Positions 27,665-51,870 of a DNA stretch of 64,000 nucleotides are shown piece after piece. Position 1 is the first letter of the stretch; each line of letters starts with the position of its first letter. Made by a program: the position numbers and the translations under genes. The notes below the pieces were generated by a model. It made no database searches. It worked only from the letters and a program-made list of their open reading frames with translations, and had not been told where the DNA came from. The DNA comes from Chrysomallon squamiferum. Its lineage: Eukaryota; Animalia; Mollusca. The stretch lies in contig CM022676.1 of the NCBI GenBank assembly GCA_012295275.1, positions 17,608,001 to 17,672,000 of the forward strand, in the 5' to 3' direction.

Positions 27665-30026
27665 CTACTTTTTAACTTTTTTGACTTCAGTGTACAAGTT
27701 GTTGATATCATCTGTTTGATCTTCTGTCTGTGTTTTAGTTTTTTCGTTCACTTTTCTAACCTGTGTGTACAAACAGGACACGTCTTCCATTTCGGCTTTC
27801 CCACTATTCTCTGGTTCTCGTTTAACTTTGTTTACCTGTGAGTACAAATCTGAAACCTCATCCTCTGCTACGTGACTTTCTGTTTGACTGGAAGTTGACG
27901 CCGATTTGTTTCCCTTTCTCGGAAGTGCATACACAGCATCCATTGCTTCGGCTTGAGTTGTGTTTGTAGTGGTTGCCATGGAATTCTTGTCTACGGGGAC
28001 ATCGTACTGAGGTTCACTCACAACGTTGTTCTCACCAGTACGTTCAGCTGTGACATCTTCCAAGAGACAGAAAACAACTTAAACCTTGTAACAACAACAT
28101 AAACAACGACAACAACAGCTAAACAAAAGAGCGGAAAATATATGTGAAATAAAAAATATCCGATTATCATCATCATCATCATCACCATCATCATCTTCAT
28201 GTTCATCATTACAGTGATTATCTTTATTATTAATAATAATAGTCGTACAATGGTAGTGGTAGTAATAGCAGTAGCATGGTGAATGCAGTAGTGGGGGTGG
28301 TAGTGATAGCACTAATAGTAATAGTTGTGGTAATAGTAATAGCAATAGTGATAGCAATAGTACTACTAGTAATACAAGTGTAGATGTTGTTGTTGTAATC
28401 GTATTACCTGCATAATTTGAAGAACTGGGTGAAACAAAGTAGAGTTCATTATCTGACATAACTGAAAAGAAAAAAGTACTACCAATAAACAAACATCCAT
28501 TTATGTATACATATGTGTTATCATGTATCATCTATCAAGCTAATACATATAATTCGGTATGCGAACTTTCTATAAGAGACTTATTTACAGAAAAATGCAA
28601 CTACTATTTGTTTAAACATGAAATACGTTTTTTAAATAGAATACATTCATTAATTTCACATTGTGAAGTTTTCACTTACTTTCATTTTCCTCCACGTGGC
28701 TGTGGACAGCAGCAGCTTCGCTGCCTGTTTAATAAAATAAAATAAAACAGAAATTTCGCTAGATGTACGAAGATCGATTCAGTCATCCATCTTATCCTTT
28801 ATTTATTTATCCCTTTACATTCCTTCAATTTTTCATTTTTTTTCTACTCATCAAATCAATTTATTTCATTTGTTAATCTCAGTCAGTTGTCCCAATTTTA
28901 ATTAGTTTCTTCTTCATTCGTTCTTCCATTCAGTCATATATTCATTCAATCTATTACACTTTTCTTCATTTGTTATTTCTCACCTGAAAGACACGATCTA
29001 AAGACAGGGAAGGTTTTAGTTTGTCAGAATTTAACTAAAAAGTGTCTGCACTTACTTTTACTCTTCGTTCGTTTGACGATGCACACAGTTAAAATTACAA
29101 TACCAAGAACAACAATCACTCCTGACACAAAACACGAAACAATGACAACCATAAACCAAGTATTTTTATCTGTGAATTTAAAATAATATTTCAATTTTTG
29201 TTCATAAAAATGATTAACAAATAACATAAAGATAATGATAAAGATGATGTTAAATAAATGTGGGTACATGTGGATGTATGTATGTATGTGTACGTGTATA
29301 TGTATGTATATATATGTATGTGTATGTACAGATAGAGATAAATACATATACACAATCATTTTTGGATAAAAACAGATACTAGTTATATTTGTTATCGTAT
29401 TCAGTAATTAATCAAATATTGAATTATTTCCACAGGTAACTGAATTAATTAGAGAGGTAAGAACAGGTATGTATCTTTATAAGCCGTATTTAAGATAGAT
29501 AATGGTTTACAACCCATGAAATATATTCAGTGATAAAACACAATAAAGTATTTCAGATAATTATCCTAAAATATTTGATATGTTTGTTTGTGAAATGTTA
29601 TTATTCACGGCGAGTGTTGCATAACACGATGTTTCAGTTTTCAGTATATTTACCATTATTGTCTCCATGTGTCACAACATTTTCTTTACGTGTAGATGAC
29701 TTGGTAATTTTGTTGGAGGAAACAGTAATCGTATCATTGTTGTTTTCATCAGACGTCACAGAGTTCGTTTCTGGTGTAAATAATGAAAACAATTTAATTA
29801 AAAAAGAGTGAAGTTTGTTGTTGTTTATGGCAGATAAAACACAACCGATGCAATTGTTGTTGTGATTGTTGTTATTTTATATTATTATTATTATTATCGT
29901 ATTAAAATAAGAAGAAATATAAGGACAAAGAAAAAATACGAAAACATTAAGAAGAACGGTATCAGTAATCACAACATCTAGAGCAATAATAATAATAATA
30001 ACAACAACAACAACAACAACAACAAC

Positions 30027-30057
<31 letters not shown>

Positions 30058-30467
30058 GTAGTACTCACGTGTTGGTGTAACGAAGTTACTCTTACTTTTT
30101 TTTGTGATACATGTCCATGGCTTATAGTCGTTGACAGAAAATGATGATATAGTCAGACCGTAAGTTCGTATATAACCTGTACTTGAGAGCAAAATTTGTA
30201 CAAACTTACATCTGTAGTTATCTGTCGACTCTCTGTGTGTTTCACATGTTTGTGTTTTATATCTACATGTACAAATGTTCTCATCATCTCGTTTAAATGT
30301 GATATCTTCTTCATAAATATTTCTGATAACAGTACAAACAAATGCGAAAGACTGATTGATGACAGCCGTCCACGAATGCACTGATAAACCAGGATTTGTA
30401 GCTGAAATATAATAATACTACTACTACTACTAATAATAATAATAATAATAACAACAACAACAACAAC

Positions 30468-30519
<52 letters not shown>

Positions 30520-33026
30520 TTATTCTTACAATTACTAAATTATAATCGCTAGATGAACAACAGTATAATAACTATGTTAGGAATTTTTTTAAACATTGCT
30601 CACTGATATTTTACAGTACATTAGAGTTGGTTCTGTATGTCGTTTCATACGATTTGTGAATTGTGAAAAAATGACAATAAAATTAAAAATAAATAAATAA
30701 ATAAATACATAAATAATAATAATACTAATAATACTAATACTAATACTACTACTACTAATAATAATAATAATAAAAACAAGAATAATAGAAATACAAAAGA
30801 AACTGGGTTGTTAACAGTTGAAGGAAATGAACGAATGCAAATGGCAGAACAGTATAAAGGTATGTGACAAAAGCAGTCTCTGCGAGTTTTGTGGCGCATT
30901 TTTGTTTTCCTTGAAGTAGTTTTACCTATTTTAAAAAAAAAGAAAACAAAAATCATTATTACGCAGTATACTTATTCATAATCGTATTCGTTTCTTGACG
31001 TGATCTTTGAAAAACAGCAGAGAATCAGCAGACAACTTTGGCGTTTCAAATTACCATCTTGTAACTAAGGTCAGTTTTAAATCATAAGCAAGTTACAACT
31101 TATGCATTTTTCTCTTAGTGAGCCAAATTTCATACGATATTTGAGGAGCAGGTATTTAATTTTGGTGTTTCGTATATCAAATATATCTTTATGTCATCTT
31201 AATCTTCTTCTTCTTCTTTCTTTTTTTTTTCTTTTTTTTAATTCTTTCTGGTGAAATATAATTTTATAGAAAAATTATATTTTCAAAAATGTCGTATACT
31301 TAATCAGTGTCATAGATATAGAGTATATTTATGACTTTTGTAAACAGATCACCATTTTCCGCTGAATAAAAGTTCGTTCTAGTGACGTTTTAGACGAATA
31401 ATTTAACAAAATATTTATTTTTCTCCTACACTATATATATTTATAGACCTTTTAGTTGATTTTAATTATAAAAATAAAAAACAAAACTGATTACAGTCTG
31501 CTGGACCTAATCTTCGAGACAAAGCATATAGAATCTACAGTAATAATACTATTTTATATTATTGGTTTTAAAAGTTTAAAATGTATTATGTCAGAAGATA
31601 CATGTATCTTAATCAAACAGTGAATCTCATTTTCTTTTGATTAATCAGCTGAACACTGATCCACAGGTGAATAATTCACATAACATCTGCAGCACAATAT
31701 CTACGTCACAGAACTGACATAAAAAAAAGACAACTGTTGGAGCACACCCGATTTGAGGAGGGAGTCTGCACAAACCATTCGGAACATACTTCGAGAAGTT
31801 GTTTTATGGTAACATAAGAAACCGCATGTCACGATGTGGCATGCCATCTCATAAAAAAGTAAACTTGCGTTCCAGTAAGGCAACGCTACAAGGATGAAGT
31901 TTTTCGCTTTTGAATTTTCAACAGAATGAGAATATTAATAAACTGCCACAGCTATCAAAATTGCCAGATCTCAATCCCGCTGAACATATGTGGACGAACC
32001 AGACAGACGTGTGTACATCAATGTGAACCGGAGCCTCAGATGCTTTCGCAAATGTCACGTTCACTGCAGGAAGAATCGACTGAGATTCCACGTGTCCAGA
32101 TTCAGAAACTTATTAAGCTCAACTGTCATCAGTCCACAGCAACAACACTGTCACATACTTGTGTAGAATTTTACTCTGATACGAAGGTACAAAATTATGT
32201 CGTTTTGTGTCAAAGAGATAATTCCATGAATATTCAGCCTGTGAGTTTCTTTTTTGACACAGTATATTTTACTGTGTACTACAAAGCTATTCGTTTTATG
32301 TACAAGTACATAAGTGATTTGCTATGATTTTATCAAAAAAGGAGGTTAGACAATTATAGCTTCTGTCACACTACGTCATTGTTACTGATTACTACTAACT
32401 ACAACATCAACTGAGCTGTGGGTGTACAACTTTTCAGCCCTCTATGGTTTCAGTTTTTCCAAACAAAAAAGGGCACAGTATAAAACAATAAATAAACTAA
32501 AAATCAAAATGCAAATTTCAATGTTTCTTGAAAGAAGAGAAATGTTCTATTATTGTGATGAAATCGTGAAAAAAAAAAAAACAAGAACAAAAATTGGATG
32601 GAAGAAATTTAAATAACCGTAAGTAGCTCGCCTACGTTGACGTTTAAAATACACTAACTGGTTAACATTTTATATATAAAAAATAAATCTTAATAACACG
32701 ATGAAAACACTTCCTGCATTGATCAGCAACTAAAGTAACTGAATGACAGAAACTGTACTGTTTATCGAGTAGAAAACACAGCTGGTTAACAAACCACTGA
32801 GAGAAACGTGTCATTATTTAAACTGTCACTGCAGGTCACGTCGAGGAAATTACGTAGAGCAGAAACCTGATTTCACGCACAAATCACCAATTTGAACCTT
32901 GCGCTATTTACCACGTCATACATTACTCATTGTTACCATTACGTATTTGATACAATAAAAGCAACCTTCTCTTAACCCACTTTTTATCAAGGTAAGAGTA
33001 AAATTTACAACTGCACCCATAATTAT

Positions 33027-33069
<43 letters not shown>

Positions 33070-33386
33070 ACATATTTCTTTAGATATACTATGATCACAT
33101 CGTTCTGGCATGTGTAAATGTTCTTACATTATTATATTACTATATTATGTTAGATTAGTGTTTACATTTTCCGAACCGGTGTTCCTCTCTACTGGTTCCT
33201 AAAATCGAGGTTTAAAAGTATTTAGAAAAGCAAAAATACTATTTGTACCAGTGTTTTATTTTTTACATAAATTATATCAGCACAAACACACACACACACA
33301 CACGCGCACGCACCTCATATATAGATATATAGACAGATATATTTTAATCTGTGAATGAAAATTAACTAAATAATGTTTTTGTTTGT

Positions 33387-33421
<35 letters not shown>

Positions 33422-34050
33422 TTTTTTTGTTTCTTAATTCATTAATTATTTGTTTATTTAAAGAAGAACAAAACTTACATATTACACCAACTTCTGGTTT
33501 ACTCCATACATCAAGCTGATCAGATCCACAAAACCAGAATCCACTGTCATCTTCAATTGTGTGATACTTGTAAACTAAATAGTCTTTATACTCGCTGCTA
33601 GCGTTGTTTGTCTTTGCTGAACAACTACAAATGTAACTTTCTGTACTGTTACAGTTACACGTGTCTCCTCTCTGTACACAGTCACACACTGTAGTGTTAT
33701 CAGTTTGTGTTTTATGTACAAACTTTATATCAGAATTCAGATTCTGTGACTCGCGTACACGACACGTCATAAACATCGTACCACCTTTTAGTACAGGTAT
33801 CACGTTCAGTAATCCAAACATTACTCCTAGAATAATAAGGAAGAAAATATTTTCATTTTTATTTAATTAGTTAATTATCTTAAAAACTGAAATTATAAAA
33901 TAAATAGTAAAATGTTTCGCACAATAAGTTAAAACAAATGTTAATTGAAAAACCCATAGAAACAGAACACTTAAAATTAAATTAAAGAAATCTAATTTAC
34001 ATTAAATTAAAATAAGTAAGTAAATAAATAAATAAATTCATAAATTCATA

Positions 34051-34113
<63 letters not shown>

Positions 34114-34320
34114 TGAAATAATAAAATAAAGAGGTAAATAAAGAAGGACATTCAAGCGAACAAACAAATAGAAAAATGAAGGAATGAATGAAACAGTCAA
34201 TGAAACGAAGTAAAATAAAGTCTAGAAAACACAGCAAAACTGTTTCATTATCTTACCTTCCGAAAAATTCCGAATACAGAGTAGAGCAAAAAGAAACATT
34301 ATCAAGTAGAAATTGTTCAT
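27665..34320 (-). CDS. Type I transmembrane protein with two atypical Ig-like domains, S/T stalk and multi-tyrosine cytoplasmic tail (488 aa), immune-receptor-like
   Basis: Exons: 34320-34257 (signal peptide MNNFYLIMFLFALLCIRNFSEG), 33826-33479 (C..DSGFWFC Ig-like), 30401-30069 (C..YGLTISS..DYKPWTC Ig-like), 29770-29654 (stalk), 29169-29056 (TM WFMVVIVSCFVSGVIVVLGIVILTVCIV-KRTK), 28724-28680, 28461-28408 (NELY), 28056-27665. All introns are GT-AG and phase 1; total 1467 nt in frame. Joining of exons 2 and 3 is inferred. Confidence 0.85.
31690..32265 (+). mobile_element. Internally deleted Tc1-like transposon remnant
   Basis: Frameshifted translation: LRRESAQTIRNILRE, FQ*GNA, NINKLP..SKLPDLNPAEHMW(D)E.DRRV, LQEE..IPRVQIQKLI (Tc1 WPS.SPDLNPIEHLW motif); Tc1-like end tttctttttt..cagtata at ~32246-32265. 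Confidence 0.85.
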
Positions 34321-35359
34321 GTTGCGAATTTCAACTTTCCTATTAAGTTATCTGTATAACACAACTTACACCAAAAATAAATAGAGTCGATATTAACTTG
34401 GAAAAGAAAAAGAAAATTTCAATTATTATCTTAAAATACACAAATTTTCTCTTGTTTTCAGCTTCCAACTCGACATGAACAACTGTAGTGTATCGCCTTA
34501 ATAATCTCTGTTTACTTCGCACGTGTAAGTCTAACAAAATGAAATCTTGTTCAGTTTTAATTATGTGAAATTACAGAAAATGTTAAAACCAAAGTTGAAG
34601 TGATGTTTAAAAACTGACAGATTTGCCTTACATGGAAACAACTCTGTTCACTAATAATTAGTACTTGTAATACGTTATAATACTTCCTGGAATCATATAT
34701 AATCTACTCACATTTCACGCAGTCACGAGCCGTACTGACACTGAATACATCTGTGACGTCATGCTATTGTTTGTTTGTTGTGCACGCTCGAATTAGTTTG
34801 AGCAATACATGACACCTTACTAGAGATCTTAGACTCGTGTTTTAAATCTTGATGTAAGAGGTTATGTTTTGTCCTTTGCTTACTGTGCAAGTCCAAGTTA
34901 GTTGGAGCAAGGGACTGATTCACAATGATCAGAGAGGAGGGGAACAGGGTCGGTACTGAGACTTCAGTATTTTTAGCATGACGAAATAAACTATAGATCT
35001 CTGTTTCAATTTGGTTTATTTATTTATTTATTTATATTTAAGATATGTTCGATGTGTGAGAGAGAAAAAAATATGAGTATATATATATATATATATATAT
35101 GCACACACATTCACACACATATATATGTATGTATGTATGTATGTGTATATATATATGTATGTATATTTGTATATATGTATAAACAAACAAAAAACGTGAT
35201 GAGTTAACCACGTCGAAGTAACAACTGATTTTTTGTAGTCTTCTTTTCACTATCTGTAAATCTTTGATTTATTGCGCAGGTTTTACGTACATACATATTT
35301 ATTTTATTTTTCTGTATATTTATATATAGCTACATACTATTCACAAGAAAATATTATTA

Positions 35360-35394
<35 letters not shown>

Positions 35395-36271
35395 TATTAT
35401 TAGTAGTAGTAGTAGTAGTATTAGTATTATTATTATTATTATATGTACTGTTCTTCATTCGTACAGTTTGAAAGACATGATACTCATCAGTTCATTATTC
35501 AAGTTTTAACAATATTTTATTTTTATCCCGGTAAAATGTGTTATTTTACACTGTCCATGTACAAACCAGTTGTTGTGTCTTATTAAAATATTGTTACAGA
35601 CTGTGACAGTGAATTTATAAAATCAGTTAGTTATATATAACAAAGTATAAAGGTAGTGCCTTTGTTTTAAGAAATGTGTATTTATTATTTATAATTATGT
35701 ATAATTTTGAATGTACTATTGTTACTGACATAATTGTTAATATTTTCTTCTTAAAATGTGGTACACAAAGAGATTACAAAGTAGTTGTATCTGTAACAAT
35801 ACTTGATATTTAATAATTAAGAGTTAGATTGGGAAATACATTTTATATATCAACTGAGAATAATAACATTTACTGAATCAGATTTTTTAACACAATTTGA
35901 ATTTTTGTCATATTATTTGCTTTTTCCAATTCCTTTATATATATACTAATAAAATAGTTCTGCTACTATGATCCCACAGAATGATTTTACTTAATGTTAA
36001 AGTTAGCGAACGTTTTGTGACAAAACTGTAAACTATGACCGGTTAAATATTAATTAAATAAATAATGAACTTCATGCCTATAGTATGATTACTGTTATTA
36101 CTGTTACTGCCAATACGATATTCTTTACTTATTAATTAATGTATTTTTCCAAAACTGTTACAAATGTTTTTATTTACTTACTTATTTATTCATTTCATTA
36201 GAAACCAAAAATAGTAAAAAAAATATATATATATATTCTTTGGTGTGCAGCGTTTCCTTTTTTCCTCCACT

Positions 36272-36355
<84 letters not shown>

Positions 36356-36391
36356 AAAAAACGAACGTGAGGTGTTAATATATAATATAGC

Positions 36392-36441
<50 letters not shown>

Positions 36442-36623
36442 CGTTTTTCATTCGTACAGTTACAAATACACGCGATTCTAGCCAGTTGAGTGTTCAAGTT
36501 TAAACAAGATTTATTTTTAGCGGGGTGCCTCAAGCTTTTCTAGTATTTTCGTTTTGTTGTTATTATTATTACTATTAGTGTTGTAATTGTTATGTTATTG
36601 TTGTTGTTGTTGTTGTTATTATT

Positions 36624-36712
<89 letters not shown>

Positions 36713-37337
36713 TTTATTTATTGTTTGTCATTCTTTGTCATTACTGTATGAAGCAATGTTAAAATTTTCTTCTTACAGATATGAAGTCTATTCTTTAACC
36801 CGCTCTCTCATTAATACGTACAAACAACAAAACATAATAACCGAGATAACAAAACCATGAGTAGGTACTAAACTGGATACCTCACAGGAGGTCTGCAGAC
36901 ACGTGTTTTAAATCGCGGTGTTGCAAATCATATTTCGCGTTTTGTTTGCTGTGCACGCTCGAGTTACTTGGACCAAGGGACTGATTCACAATAATCACAG
37001 AGGAGGGGAACAGGGCCGGTACTGAGGCTTCAGTGTTTTTAGGATGAGGAACAAAACCATATGTTTTTGTTTCATTTTCTTTTTTATTCTGTTTGTTTGT
37101 TTTATAAATTGTTTGTGTACTTGTTTGTTTTTTTTTTTTTTTTTTTGTTGTTTAGTTGTTGTTTTTTATTTGTATCTTTATTTATTTGTTTACTTAGTTA
37201 GTTAGTTGGTGAGTTATATGTTTGATTTGGTTTAAGTGTTCTTACACTACGCAGTCCAGAAGCACCGCCATATGACTTTTGCAGTGTAAAAGATAAATAT
37301 TGTGACGTCATCTTTCTAACTCAGTTTAGAGTAAAAT

Positions 37338-37371
<34 letters not shown>

Positions 37372-37749
37372 AAGACAGAATGAACAACGAAAAGAAATGT
37401 AGCACATGACTACAGAAATAAAGCATGTATTTATTACTTTGATATATTGATTTATGTTGATAAGTAAAGAAAAATATACAAATAAATAAATAAATGCGGG
37501 GTTAAATAAATATAATGAATATAAAAGGAAGAGCAAGATAATTGGTAGGTTAAAACAAAAAAAAAAAAAAATAAAAAGAAACACCCGAGATACTGAAAAC
37601 GTGACTACATATTAAATTTGATACCTCACTAGACATCTTAGACTAGTGTTTTAAATCCTGATGTAAGATATTATGTTTTGTCTTTTGTGTACTGTGCATG
37701 TTTAAGTTAGTTTGAACAAGGGAGTGATTCACAAGAATAAAAGTTTATT

Positions 37750-46740
<8,991 letters not shown>

Positions 46741-46743
46741 GTA

Positions 46744-46776
<33 letters not shown>

Positions 46777-47496
46777 AACACAAACAAAAAAAACCCGTTA
46801 AAATACTAACACTTATTCTGATCATTGTAGTAATTTCCTTTTTAAATTATTAATTATTTATCTACTTCACTTATTTCTTTTTATTTATCTGTCTATATTT
46901 TTCGTCCTTTCTTTCCTTCTTTATTGTATAAACCAGAAAACATACAGTGTAACAAATAACACATCTAATACATGATGATGCAAAACAAATAAAAAAAGTA
47001 AAACAAAATTATTTGTTTTCTAAATACAGCAGTGTCTACACTTTGAACAATAAAATAAAATAAAATAATATAAAATAAAATCAACAAGCACAGAAAAGAA
47101 CAAAGCGAAAAAAAAAAAAAAAAAAAAAAAAATCAACATTGATAATAAGAAAAATGTTACAAATATGTCCTGCAGATTCCTAGTATTCAATACTTGCCAT
47201 ATAAATATGTATACTCTTAAAACACCGAGATGGAGTTGAAAAACTGGTGGATAAAATAAACCATGCGGATGTCGTAGACAGATACATTTGTTACGTAATT
47301 CTGAATTCCGCGACACAGGTTTTTAAAAATAAAATTCCTTTATTTGCCAATATATTATAATGAACTCATTCATTATCAGTTTTAATATGAACGGTATACA
47401 AGATCTGTACATTGATTATTTTAATGGTAATTCAGAAATAAATAAATAAATAATAATAATAGTATCTCTGACAGAAAATAATAGTTTTTCCGCATT

Positions 47497-47632
<136 letters not shown>

Positions 47633-50188
47633 TATGTCATGTATATGTTAAAAAAGGTTTCTTTCTTGGTTCCCTTCTTTTCTTTGATGATAAGGGCCTG
47701 TCTATTTTATTTATATCTGCATGTTAGTGTTTGCATGCACTGAGCGATCAGTAAATATTTTATTTTTATATTGTAATTTGTTAGAAAGCGAGACAGATTA
47801 CATTCAGAAATATCAGTATTTGTATATACCGTTAGATCTGAAAATAATTTTGATTAAATTCATATCATAATATGTTAAATCGGGAAACTAGTTTGATACT
47901 CACATAAAGTATGAAGAAATTTATGTGTACGTTTGTGATGTATTAATTTAATTGTAATGTAGTTTATTGCTTTATTTAACAAGAACATCATCTCTTCATC
48001 ATCTTTGGGTGTGGAGTGTGTTATTTATAGTACTCCTGAATAAATCTGTCATTATAAAACACTTGTAACTTTTTTATTATTGTCACTTGCAAACAAACTA
48101 CATAGTAAGTTTCGCTTCAGTAAACAAATATAATATTATTTGAACAAATTTCAAATTGGTTTTTTCGGTGAATGGAGACGTGAAAAGCTATATAAATGAA
48201 AAAAAAGAAAACTGAAAGACAGACGGAGAAGACGAAAAAATTCCTTTGTCAGTGAAACAAAATCTTATCTTTATCTCCTTAGAGTCGCCATATTCATTTT
48301 TTTTTCTTGCCCCCCCCCACCCTCTAGACGCTGTTAACTGAACAAACGTGGATGATCTCACTTTGTCATTTCGACCTTTTTTTTCCCCAAACAAAACGTT
48401 CACATATATGTATATAGGCTTTTGTGAAAAAGAAAATATTGACAGTAATAGCAACATCTGTAAAACTATTAAATAATCCTAACATAATATTCTGTCCACT
48501 TCTGTGTAAATTTATTGACAAAGGTTTCAATAAACAAAGTGAGAATCATCTGCACATTATCACCACACATCTGAAATAATTAATATCAGTTTAGTTATAC
48601 TGGTAGAAAATAATAGCTTTCGTACACAGTTACACACACACACACACACGCACACACACACACACACACACAAACACAAACACACACTGTATATATTTTG
48701 ATTAGTCAACTAATGAACTATATACCATAATATTTTGAATGAATTAGTTTAAGAACAATGTGTGTGTGCCTGTGTTTGCGTGTGTATGTTAACAATAAGA
48801 AACAAAAATATCTAATATAGAGAGGGAAAATATATGAATTATTACTATCATTATTTTTACCATTATGTTATCTCTGTGTCTTGTTTTTCATTACTATTGA
48901 TTATTTATATGTCGGATAAAAAGGATAGATAATCGTCTACATGTAACTATACAATTTTGAACAAGATATATTTTGGTGTAGAAGTGTATTGTCTTTGTCT
49001 TTTGTCCGAAAAATCTGTTCGCTGTCGATCTGGTTCATTTTACCTGGAACAACCAACTATTATACTACTTTACCTATATCCTCATTGAATCAGTTTGATC
49101 ATTGTCTGGAGGTCTAACAGTCATTTACCAATTAAACATGGCTAACAAATCAGAGAAGAGAATCCCAAACAGCCACCAGAATTTCATAGACAGGAACTAT
49201 AAACATTGGCGCATGATGTTAGTGATATCAACACATGATTTCTATGTAGTGGCAGAATGCGCAGTGCGTATCATGCTTGGCTAATAAGAACCAGTGTTGT
49301 TGTTTTTTGTTTTTTTAATTTTGTGTATTTTTTTTTTTTTTTTTTGTGATCTTACAGATTATTTTTCTATGGTGTCTGAAGCCGTTATTATCACAGATGT
49401 TGTTTTTTTGTCTTTGCTATTAATGATTGTAGTGTTTTTCTTATTATTTCTGTAATGTTGTTGTTATTACTGTTTACTGTTATTATTATAATAATCATTA
49501 TTTGTTTATTATTATTATTATTATTATTTTTGTTGTTGTTGTTGTTATTACCGAATCATGCTTTGTATAATATTCTCTGTTCAGAGATATTAAGGATGTT
49601 CATATTAAATATGATACATCAGTGGATATCTGTACACAAGTGTTTTAAATCCCGATGTTACTAATCATATTTCGTCTTTTCTTGTCTATGCACGCTAGTG
49701 TTAGTTGGAGCAAGGGTTTGATTCACTCTAACCACAGAGGAGGGGCATAGGGCCGGTACTGAGAAATTTTGTCCTAGATTTTCGGCATCTGGTAAGAAAC
49801 CTGTCTAACTTTCTTTTTTTTTTTTTTTTTTTTTTAACGGTATAAGGTTTAATATATACACACACATACATAGAATTATACAAGTTCCTTGTTTCTATAT
49901 ATAAGTGTTATGTTTCTTGAATAGGTTTATTTGTTGTTACAAGAAATAGGTTTGTTCTTCTCTTCAACTTTTTATTTCTCTCTCCAACTTTGTATCTCTC
50001 TCTGTGTAAGTTTATGTGTGTATGTATGTATGTGTGTGTATGTGTGTATCTGTAAGTGTAATTGTGTGTATGTACGTGCGTATGTGTATGTGTATGTGTG
50101 TGTATGTAGATATGTTTAAGAAAGAGCGAATAATGCTCTGATTGTGCAAAACAAAACAGACGTGACGGGTAGATATCTGTCTGTGTAT

Positions 50189-50228
<40 letters not shown>

Positions 50229-51870
50229 ATATACAAACAGGTATCTTTGTATATATATGTAAACAGAGACAAAACGGTTTCGTTTAAATTGCAGTGAAAA
50301 ATTATGTGTAGTTATTGACAATGCTAATTACTATATCAATTATTTATCTTTTGTTCTGGAATTTACATTCGGTATCCGAAGTAGACAGCATCCGGATTAG
50401 TCACTGTTTTGTTCACAACAGATTAACAGTAGCTGGAAGGGAAACTGAAATGGGCTGTGCAGCAGTTAAATACAAACACCTGGAAATCGCACACCCCAGG
50501 GTTTGTAATTTGCTAGGAAATGCCCCCCACCCAGTGGAATAGCACAGTGCATAGCATCCCTGTTACTCCTATCTTCTGGCACACCACTGACATAGACAGT
50601 TAAATCTCAGTCAGAAGGGAAACGTTTATATACAAACAGTTTCTGACTACTACAACAGGTGTTATCAGTGCTTTAATTAATTATTGTTTATTAAGGAAGT
50701 TGGTTAGTAAATAATTTCAAATCAGACTGTCGGGTTTTTTTTTATTTTTCAGTTGTGTATCTCAAGTATGGGACTAGAACTTTTTGTAGCTGCAGCTAAA
50801 AAGAAAGTAAGAAAAACCTGAAATTTTAAGGTTGCGGCGTGATAAAATACTTTTTGTTGCAATGTAACAGACTTACTGTACTTGAAACTGTTGTTAAACA
50901 GAAACATAAATAAGTTTCGGCAAAAAAAACAACATCAGTGTGACCCATTTCTAACGTGCAAATATTTGTTGTTCATATCAAAATCACATATGGAAGGAAT
51001 GTTTATAGTGAGTTGCAGTTAAAAACACCACCACTACTGCTATGTGTGGTATATTAGGAGAGGGGTTTGTGATTTACAGGATTTGTGATTTCCTGCTACA
51101 CTGGTTTATACACAAATCCTGGTTAGTCCAAGGTTCTTTATCGCCGAGTGCACGGTGTGTGTGTCTGTCTGTGTGTGTACGTTTCTGTCTGTATGTGTGT
51201 GTGTGTGTGTATGTATGTATGTGTTATTTTTGTGTATACATACACACATATCCACATACATATACATATACTATTACTCAATGTTTGCAGTAAAGAAACA
51301 AATAAATAAATAAATAAATAACAAAAATTAAATAGTAATACCTGACACATTTATTTCAGTATCTTTGTAATTCACCTGTTTACATTTAAAACACAAATTA
51401 AATACAAAAATAAACGAAGTGAAAATTCATCATAAAAAAATACAAATTTAGTTATCTGTTTTTCGTTTATTTATATCTCATCTATAAATAAATAAACAAA
51501 GAGTTGCTAGTCTTAGTAAAAGAAAATGGACAAATAAATCAAACAACAGTTCTTATTTTCATGTCTAACAACAAGGAAATACATACATAATGTATCTACA
51601 TATTATGTTTCATATACAAAAAACAAAATAAAAATAAAAGTGCATAATAAATCTATAAATAAATAGATAAATAAATAAATAGTAACAGTAAAATAATAAT
51701 TAAGAAATGAGATGTACGTGTTTGACAGAAATCAGTCCACTAGAAATCAAAAATTTCAAATAAATATGTGTATGACGTCATCACTGCTGTCTGAGGTAAA
51801 AAACAAACATAAATAAATAAATATATAAACAAATAAAAATTTGATCCAACTATTTGAACGGTGTTGTTTT

